DNA from: Myxococcota bacterium
GTDB lineage: Bacteria; Myxococcota_A; UBA796; GCA-2862545
Reading direction: 5' to 3'
Assembly: GCA_039208735.1 (NCBI GenBank)
Contig: JBCCQY010000017.1
Location: 1 to 64,000 of the forward strand
Length of the DNA stretch: 64,000 nucleotides
Positions 57,337 to 64,000 of this stretch are shown here, in pieces. The position numbers and the translations under genes were made by a program. Under the pieces are notes generated by a model. It saw only the letters and a program-made list of their open reading frames with translations, made no database searches and had not been told where the DNA came from. The number at the start of each line of letters is the position of its first letter. The stretch's first letter is position 1.

Positions 57337-58289
57337 AAACCCCCACCACGCTCTTCACCGGCTTTCTTGGAGTGGGGAAGACCACTTCCATCCTTGGTGC
57401 ATTCGCCCATCGGCCCCCGGACGGACGTTGGGCCGTCCTCGTCAACGAATTCGGTAAAGTCGGCATCGATGGAGCCATCCTCGAAGACCACGATGGACTG
57501 ACGGTGGCCGAAGTGGCGGGAGGATGCATCTGCTGCAGCGCCGGACTTGCGCTTCGTACCGCACTTGTGCGCCTCCTAAGAGAGGTCAGGCCCGATCGGC
57601 TCCTCATCGAGCCCACGGGCCTTGCCCACCCTGCCACGGTCATCGACACCCTTCGGAGCCCTGGCCTGCGTGAAGCGGTCACCGTCAACGCGGTCATCGG
57701 CCTGGTCAACCCCCGACACTGTCGCAGTGAGCGCCATCGGGAGAGCGAACCCTGGCAGGACCAGATCCGACTCGCCGACATCCTGTTGGCCACCCACGAC
57801 GACGTGGTGACAGACGAAGACCGCGAGGCCTTCCAGGAAATCGCGCAAGCCCAGTGGCCCAAGAAGCTGGTGGTAGACCACATCGCCCATGGTGCAATCG
57901 ACCCGGCATGGCTCGACATGCGGCCGGCCTCCACCACCGAACGCACGACCCACGTGGAACACTCCGACCACGCTGAGGCCCAGACCATGAGCTTCGTGTG
58001 GCCACCGGAGACCGCGTTCAGCCAAGACACCCTCGAACTCGCGCTTCAGCGCTTGGTCCGCCCGAGCCCCCACTTTCCCGAAGGAATATGGCGACTCAAA
58101 GGCATTTTCCGTATGGTGGGCGAACATGGTCGGAGCGGGTGGTACCTCGTTCAGGCCACCCCAGACACCATTTCGATGTCGCCCATTGGGCACCGCCGTG
58201 ACTCCCGGGTGGACCTCATCGTTCCCCCCGCACCCCAGGCGAATTTCGATGGCGCGTTCGCCGAACTCGAGGCGACGCGCCTTCGATAA
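57333..58289 (+). CDS. COG0523/CobW-family P-loop GTPase metallochaperone
   Basis: GFLGVGKT, NEFG, GCICC and IEPTGLAHP motifs; CobW_C RLKG. Confidence 0.93.
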   Translation: MKTPTTLFTGFLGVGKTTSILGAFAHRPPDGRWAVLVNEFGKVGIDGAILEDHDGLTVAEVAGGCICCSAGLALRTALVRLLREVRPDRLLIEPTGLAHPATVIDTLRSPGLREAVTVNAVIGLVNPRHCRSERHRESEPWQDQIRLADILLATHDDVVTDEDREAFQEIAQAQWPKKLVVDHIAHGAIDPAWLDMRPASTTERTTHVEHSDHAEAQTMSFVWPPETAFSQDTLELALQRLVRPSPHFPEGIWRLKGIFRMVGEHGRSGWYLVQATPDTISMSPIGHRRDSRVDLIVPPAPQANFDGAFAELEATRLR

Positions 58290-58292
58290 ACG

Positions 58293-59144
58293 CTACTTGC
58301 GCTCGGGCATGGGGGCGTCACGGTCGAGTGGGCACTTGCCGTCGGTCGTGCCGGCAATGAACTCATCCGCGAACACGCCGCCCTGCTCAAGGCCATCGAT
58401 GACGAGGTTCCCGTAGCTGTCTGCGCCGAGCGGAAAGATGTCGACCGATGACCATAGGCCAACCCAACCTCCGACCGATCCATCTGCCTCTTCGTAGGTA
58501 ATGTCGATGCCGAAGAGCTGATCCCAGGTGTTGTTGCCCCCGTCACCCTGGCCAACTTCGTCGATCCAGTACTTGTAGACGATGGCCTGGAAAGGCTCGC
58601 CTTCGGCCGGCTCGACGTCGACGAGCCGATAGAAGCCCTTGAGGTCGTACCAAATCTTCGCGAGCGGGTTTTCCTTGCGCGTCGGCTGCTCGAAACGAAG
58701 CGTGTCACAGCCGTCGAGGCCGTAGCAATCTTCGCCCTCTGAGAAGGTCCGCTGGGCCCACACGGTGGTGTCGGATTCAATGCAAACCCGGTTGACCTCG
58801 AGGGCAACGTTGACGTTGCCCTCATACGACGCACTGGATTGTCGCGCGAGACCGATCGGCACTTGGTCAGCGGCCTTCACCCCAGATGGGATCGACAATT
58901 CGCCGAGGTTCTCTCCGTCCAGGATGTCAAGCTGCACCGCACGGTCGCGGGCCGACATCGTGAAGTCTTCGCTCTCATTCAGGGTCCGCAGCTGTGCGAC
59001 CCCTGCGGCCAGTTCCGCGGTATCCTCGTCGCCAGCATGCAAGAACAGAAACTCCGCCAAGTTGGTGAGTTCGGCGGGAGCCTCCGCCGGCGGCGACGCA
59101 CATCCAACCAAGCCCGCGACAAGCGCGATTCCTGCGATCCGCAT
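58293..59144 (-). CDS. Hypothetical acidic lipoprotein
   Basis: AAGGAGG RBS and LVG-C lipobox. Confidence 0.78.
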   Translation of the reverse strand: MRIAGIALVAGLVGCASPPAEAPAELTNLAEFLFLHAGDEDTAELAAGVAQLRTLNESEDFTMSARDRAVQLDILDGENLGELSIPSGVKAADQVPIGLARQSSASYEGNVNVALEVNRVCIESDTTVWAQRTFSEGEDCYGLDGCDTLRFEQPTRKENPLAKIWYDLKGFYRLVDVEPAEGEPFQAIVYKYWIDEVGQGDGGNNTWDQLFGIDITYEEADGSVGGWVGLWSSVDIFPLGADSYGNLVIDGLEQGGVFADEFIAGTTDGKCPLDRDAPMPERK

Positions 59145-59257
59145 GGGTTCCTCCTTCATCGATCCCCCAAAGGGGAGTCGAAGGAGTATACGCGGGTTGT
59201 CCGTTCGGTGGCAGGACCGTGACGTCACCCCAAGCGAATGGCCTGTCGTCGAGCCGC

Positions 59258-60163
59258 ATGCCGAGGCAGACCCGTTTTCCCGTCACCGGTCCGCTCGACC
59301 TTCGTCGCACGGTGCGCGGAACCGCGCAGTGGGGCGCCTCGACCTGGCTTCGGACCGACCACACAGGGGCCTGGTATGCGGAACGAACGGAGGAAGGTCC
59401 GGCCACCGTCCGTTTGGTGCTCGACGGGCCCACCCTTACGGCAACGGCGTGGGGTCCAGGAGCGGACCGCCTGCTCGAACGGACGCCTGCGATTGCGGGA
59501 TTGGAAGATGAAGAGGCACCGGTGGTGGTTGCTCATCATCCGGTGGTCGAACAAGCCCTGCGCCACGCACGAGGCCTGCGAATCGGTCGCCTCGACCGCA
59601 TTCTCCCCACGCTGGTCGGCGCCATCGTAGGACAAAAGGTCACGGGGCTTGAAAGTCAGCGGTCTCTGCGTCGTCTAGCGCGCCGCTATGGGCAGCGCGC
59701 TCCGGGCCCGCGCGATGACCTTTGGCTTCTGCCTTCCGCGAGGACCCTTCGGGGACTGCCCTACGCGGCGTACCATCCCCTTGGCATTGACCGACGACGC
59801 GCCATGGTGGTCATTGAGGTGGCGCGACGGGCGAATCGGATCGAACAGCTGGTTGGCCAACCTTCGACCGAAATCGACCGCAAACTGCAGACGCTGCGCG
59901 GCATTGGCCCATGGACCACCGGAGTGGTCATCCACGAAGCTCTCGGAGACCCTGATGCATTGCCCATCGGGGACTACCATCTGCCCAATGTCATTGCGTA
60001 CAATCTTGCCGGTGAGCCCAGGGCGGATGACGCACGCATGCTTCAATTGTTGGAGCCCTACCGTGGCCAACGGGGGCGGGTAGTTCGGTTGTTGAAGTTG
60101 TTTGGATCGACGCCACCAAAGTGGGGCCCTCGGTCAGAAGCCCGTGACATCTCCTCCTTCTAA
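59258..60163 (+). CDS. AlkA-family (HhH-GPD) DNA-3-methyladenine glycosylase
   Basis: AIVGQKV, LRGIGPWT and DALPIGDYHL motifs. Confidence 0.9.
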   Translation: MPRQTRFPVTGPLDLRRTVRGTAQWGASTWLRTDHTGAWYAERTEEGPATVRLVLDGPTLTATAWGPGADRLLERTPAIAGLEDEEAPVVVAHHPVVEQALRHARGLRIGRLDRILPTLVGAIVGQKVTGLESQRSLRRLARRYGQRAPGPRDDLWLLPSARTLRGLPYAAYHPLGIDRRRAMVVIEVARRANRIEQLVGQPSTEIDRKLQTLRGIGPWTTGVVIHEALGDPDALPIGDYHLPNVIAYNLAGEPRADDARMLQLLEPYRGQRGRVVRLLKLFGSTPPKWGPRSEARDISSF

Positions 60164-60222
60164 GCGCCGTCTGGCTCAAGACTCACGCTGCCGCGCCGAT
60201 CGTCCAGCGGAGGGCTGCGCGG

Positions 60223-61053
60223 ATGCTCGCACCAGGACAGCACGACCTCGACGGGGCACTGGCCCGAATCAACCAACTGGGCGTCTTTCCGGATGCTGCG
60301 ATTCGCATCTTGGACGTCACGCAGGATCCCACCGCACAGCTGACGGATCTTGAGCGGGCGGTGGCTTCGGACCCCGTGTTGTCGGCCCGGGTTCTCCAGG
60401 TCGCCAATTCGCCGTTGTATGGCCTCTCCCAGAGCATTGGCACCCTGTCGCGCGCGGTCCAGATGCTCGGGATGGACGGCACGCGAGGGGTGGCCTTCGC
60501 CCTAGCCGTTAGCGCGGTCGGGGCTCATGGAGGTCCGCTCTGTCATGAGCTGTATCTACATGCGCTAGCCTCGGCTTCGGTGGTTCGATTGGCGGGACCG
60601 CTGGCCAATGGGGTCCACAGCGGCATGCTCTTCGTGACCGCCCTCGTGCACAACCTAGGCCTGCAACTGCTCCTGATCCTCGAGCCGGAATCGTCGCGAG
60701 CCCTCCTCGAACGGTTTGGTCACAATGCGATGCTCACCAAGGCCGAGCGCGTTCACTTCGGCTTCGATCACGCCCAGTTGGGCGCTGAAGGCATGCGCCA
60801 GTGGGGTCTGCCCGACCCCGCCGCAGAACTCATTGCGCATCACCACGACCCGGTCGCCAAGACCCAACGGTCTCGGGCCCTGCTCGCGATCGCGGACGAC
60901 GTCGCCGATGCCATTTTGGCAGGCGACACGGTGGCGGGAATTGCCGCCCTCGCTTCCGACCATCCTCTCGGTGCTCCCCTCGGACTCTCCGACGTTCACT
61001 GGATGACCGTAGTCGACCAAGTTCCCGAGGTGATGTCTGAACTCACCGTCTAG
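60223..61053 (+). CDS. Stand-alone HDOD-domain protein (HD replaced by HN)
   Basis: DPVLSARVLQVANSPLYG, LVHNLG, DHAQLG...WGLP and HHH motifs. Confidence 0.88.
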   Translation: MLAPGQHDLDGALARINQLGVFPDAAIRILDVTQDPTAQLTDLERAVASDPVLSARVLQVANSPLYGLSQSIGTLSRAVQMLGMDGTRGVAFALAVSAVGAHGGPLCHELYLHALASASVVRLAGPLANGVHSGMLFVTALVHNLGLQLLLILEPESSRALLERFGHNAMLTKAERVHFGFDHAQLGAEGMRQWGLPDPAAELIAHHHDPVAKTQRSRALLAIADDVADAILAGDTVAGIAALASDHPLGAPLGLSDVHWMTVVDQVPEVMSELTV

Positions 61054-61079
61054 AGTGGCGTGCTTCGACCCTCGAAGGA

Positions 61080-61619
61080 ATGATGGAGGCTCCCCAAAGG
61101 GAGGAAGGCGTGACCGATGAGCTGGCACGAGGGCGGTTTTTGCGGCTGGTACGCCGCGACGGATGGGAGTGGGCGGAACGCACCAACGTGACGGGCGTCG
61201 TCGTCATCGTTGCCCAAACGCCCAACAACGCGGTGTTGTTGGTGGAACAACCACGCATTCCCGTGGGTGCACCCGTTATCGAGTTTCCAGCAGGGCTCGC
61301 GGGAGATGTCGACGCCACCGAGGCGCTGGCGACCGCCGCAGCCCGCGAACTCGAAGAAGAGACGGGGTTCGCGGCAGAAACGATGATTCGCGTAACCGAA
61401 GGTCCGGTTTCCGCGGGCATGTCGAGTGAGTCCCTCACGTTCTTTGTGGCCAAGGGACTGAAGCGAGTCGGGCCTGGCGGAGGCGACGGAAGCGAGCGAA
61501 TCACGGTCCACGCGATTCCCCGCGATGAAGTGGATGCTTGGCTTGTCGCCCGCCAAGCTGAGGGAACGTTGGTCGATCCAAAAGTCTACGCCGGACTCTA
61601 CTTTCTCGATCGCGCATGA
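61080..61619 (+). CDS. NUDIX hydrolase (ADP-ribose pyrophosphatase-like)
   Basis: EFPAGL...AARELEEETG Nudix box. The start may be GTG 61110. Confidence 0.92.
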   Translation: MMEAPQREEGVTDELARGRFLRLVRRDGWEWAERTNVTGVVVIVAQTPNNAVLLVEQPRIPVGAPVIEFPAGLAGDVDATEALATAAARELEEETGFAAETMIRVTEGPVSAGMSSESLTFFVAKGLKRVGPGGGDGSERITVHAIPRDEVDAWLVARQAEGTLVDPKVYAGLYFLDRA

Positions 61620-63835
61620 TCGGCCTTTTCCTCGTCGTACTGGCCGGCCCGGCGTTCGCACAGACGGCCCCGGTCCTCACCACGGCACCCGAACCGGTCG
61701 TGGGGGAGACGGCGACCCGCATCGGCCTTCGACTGACCGTAGACGCCACCGGCCAGGTCACCGAGGTTCAAATTTTGGTTTCGAGCGGTGTCCCTCGTCT
61801 CGATGCCCTGGCTCAGACGCGCGCACGTACGTTGACGTTCACGCCGGCCCTCGACCCTCTGGGGCGCCCAGTCGCGGTGACCCTTCGCCTCGATTACCCC
61901 GTCCAAGCCTCCGAAGACGATACTTCGGGCATCCTTGAGCTGGTGGTCGAAGGACAACGGCAAGCCCCCCCTCGACCGTCCGTGACCCTGGACGATATTC
62001 GCTATCTGCCTGGTAGCGGCGGCGACATCGTACGAGCCGTTCAGAACTTGCCGGGCGTCGCTCGCCCGCCGTTTGGCCTGGGCCAGCTGCTCATCCGGGG
62101 GACGGCCCCCGAAGACAGTGCGTTCTACCTCGATGGGGTGCGCATTCCGTCCGTGTTTCACTTCGGTGGCCTGTCGACGGTCATCAACGCGGATCTGTTG
62201 GCAGACGCCACGCTCTTCGCAAGCAACTACAGCGCTCGCTACGGCCGCTCCCTCGGCGGGGTGGTCGACCTCGCGCTCGATGACCGTCCCCCTCTCGCCA
62301 CGACCGGCTACGCCTCGATCGACCTGTTTCAGGCCACCGCGTTCGCCTCGGTGGCCCTGCCGAAGACGTCCCTCACCGCTTCGGTCCGCCGGTCCTACAT
62401 CGATGCCGTGTTGCAACCCATCCTGCCCAGCCTGGTCGAGCAGACCGTTCGTGCTCCCCGTTTTTTCGACGCCCAAGCCCGCGTGTTGACCAGGGGCGCA
62501 CGACGCTCCTTCGACACCTTGGTTCTCGCCTCCAACGACGCGTTTGCCGTGCTAGGGGAGGAGGAGGACACGCCGATCGTCTCGATTCGCTCCGGCTTCC
62601 TCAAGGGTCGACTACGCCTGCGTTCTCGGGGAGATCACCGCTGGGACCATGAGGCCGCACTCTTGATTGGCCCCGAGTGGCAGACACTCCAACTCGAAGA
62701 CGACGGCATTGCCCAGGAACAGGGGATGGTGGCCAACGCGCGGGCGGAAATGACTCGCACCACAGGACCGTTGTTTTGGCGTTTCGGAACCGATCTGGCG
62801 TTCGAAAACCAACGCTGGGCCTTCGATGTGCCCACGTTTGGCGCCCCCGACGAGGGCCAGGGCTACGCGATATTGCCCGCGGGCTACGCAGAGGCCACTG
62901 CGCGTACCGAACGGATGTCCTGGCGCTTGGGATTGCGCGGCGATCTTCAGGTCGTACGCTTTACCGAGGACCCCGAGCCGGGCGCCTCCCTCGACCGTCG
63001 CGCCGGGACCCTCGACCCCCGAGCCGTGATTCGCTACCGGCCCTTCGAGGGCGCGACCCTCTCGTTGTCGGCGGGTCGGTTCAGCCAGTTTCCTACCCTT
63101 CGGCAACTCGAGCCGGCGGAAAGCCAGGCGCTGGGGCCGGCGAGCGCAACCCAACTCGCCCTGACGTGGCAACAGCGACTCCTCGACCGCTTCGATCTTC
63201 GCGTCACCGGCTTTCACACCGAACTCGGGGGATTGGTGGTGGGTCGCCAAGACGCCTTCGAGTTCTTCACCACGCCCCCGAAACCTGGCCCCACCGACGA
63301 TGGCGACTGGGCCAACGATGGCAACGGGCGGGTGGATGGCGTGGAGTTTCAACTTTCCGCTCGCGGGTCGAAGACCCTGGGGTGGATTTCGGCCACCTTT
63401 GCCCGCTCCACCCGCCAGGACCGACCTGACGATCCGTACCGTCCCTACGCCTACGACCAGCCCATCAACCTGGTCGCTCTGCTCACCCGCCAGCTGGGTC
63501 GAGGCTGGCGGGTCGGGGGACGCCTTCGCTATTCCTCGGGCACCCCCTACACCGCCGTCCGGTTCTCGATTTACGATCTCGAAAATCGACGGTTCATCCC
63601 CGTGTTCGACGATGAGTTCGGATCACGAACGTCCTCGTTTGCCGCACTCGATCTGCGCGTCGACAAAACGTGGGAGTACGCTCGGTGGCGGTTGTCGCTG
63701 TACCTCGATGCGACCAACGTCACGAATCGCCGCAACGTAGAACTCATCACGTTCAATCAAGACTTTACCGAAGAACGTCCCATCACAGGGCTGCCCATCG
63801 TTCCCGCGTTCGGACTGCGGGCCGACTTCCCTTGA
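61616..63835 (+). CDS. TonB-dependent receptor with an N-terminal TonB_C-like domain
   Basis: Signal peptide, VDATGQV...LD...FTPA, plug PGSGGDIVRAVQNLPGV...IRG, LDLRVDK, and a C-terminal GLRADF strand. Confidence 0.88.
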   Translation: MIGLFLVVLAGPAFAQTAPVLTTAPEPVVGETATRIGLRLTVDATGQVTEVQILVSSGVPRLDALAQTRARTLTFTPALDPLGRPVAVTLRLDYPVQASEDDTSGILELVVEGQRQAPPRPSVTLDDIRYLPGSGGDIVRAVQNLPGVARPPFGLGQLLIRGTAPEDSAFYLDGVRIPSVFHFGGLSTVINADLLADATLFASNYSARYGRSLGGVVDLALDDRPPLATTGYASIDLFQATAFASVALPKTSLTASVRRSYIDAVLQPILPSLVEQTVRAPRFFDAQARVLTRGARRSFDTLVLASNDAFAVLGEEEDTPIVSIRSGFLKGRLRLRSRGDHRWDHEAALLIGPEWQTLQLEDDGIAQEQGMVANARAEMTRTTGPLFWRFGTDLAFENQRWAFDVPTFGAPDEGQGYAILPAGYAEATARTERMSWRLGLRGDLQVVRFTEDPEPGASLDRRAGTLDPRAVIRYRPFEGATLSLSAGRFSQFPTLRQLEPAESQALGPASATQLALTWQQRLLDRFDLRVTGFHTELGGLVVGRQDAFEFFTTPPKPGPTDDGDWANDGNGRVDGVEFQLSARGSKTLGWISATFARSTRQDRPDDPYRPYAYDQPINLVALLTRQLGRGWRVGGRLRYSSGTPYTAVRFSIYDLENRRFIPVFDDEFGSRTSSFAALDLRVDKTWEYARWRLSLYLDATNVTNRRNVELITFNQDFTEERPITGLPIVPAFGLRADFP

Positions 63836-63877
63836 CCACAACGGCGAAGCGGCCATCTTCGAGGTCGAGGTCGCCCA

Positions 63878-64000
63878 CTAAACGCGTTCAGCGGGCAGGG
63901 CTACGACGTCCCATTGCCCTACCGTGACCTCTACGGCATCGACCCGAGCCTGCAACAGCCGCGTGTGCCGCCAGGCCTCAATCATGGATCGATCCCCGTG
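63878..64000 (-). CDS. C-terminal fragment of a gene entering from the right edge
   Basis: Open frame ...MIEAWRHTRLLQARVDAVEVTVGQWDVVALPAERV ending in a TAG stop at 63880-63878. Confidence 0.5.
   Translation of the reverse strand, partial: HGDRSMIEAWRHTRLLQARVDAVEVTVGQWDVVALPAERV

Overview
High-GC bacterial chromosomal segment, most likely from a Myxococcota/deltaproteobacterial lineage. This is inferred from Ser/Thr kinases, a kinase-STAND-TPR fusion, a MYXO-CTERM-like tail, an ECF/FecR operon, a TonB-fused receptor, an MxcI-like lipoprotein and acidic DT-repeat lipoproteins. About 57 genes are densely packed. Housekeeping genes (ribA, nadK, cobB, rlmD, lpxC, gshB, murI, uvrC, ETF-QO, a 3-hydroxyacyl-CoA dehydrogenase, modBC, alkA-like, a COG0523 GTPase, a NUDIX hydrolase) are mixed with many uncharacterised secreted proteins and lipoproteins. 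I saw no rRNA, tRNA, CRISPR array or mobile element. Most notable: (1) a minus-strand gene missing from the ORF track (<1..1595), which is a head-to-head paralog of its neighbour and carries at least 13 copies of a 15-aa NPF repeat; (2) an AT-rich, palindrome-dense segment upstream of a Cys-rich lipoprotein / YheC-D ATP-grasp / repeat-FHA operon; (3) an NLR-like STAND-TPR protein with degenerate Walker motifs; (4) an isolated boxR-boxB pair with visible operators; (5) an ECF-FecR operon led by two paralogous beta-strand proteins; (6) a Fur-boxed MxcI-like lipoprotein divergent from a LytS/LytTR pair. All calls come from reading motifs by eye; no searches were run, and many start codons are my own re-assignments.
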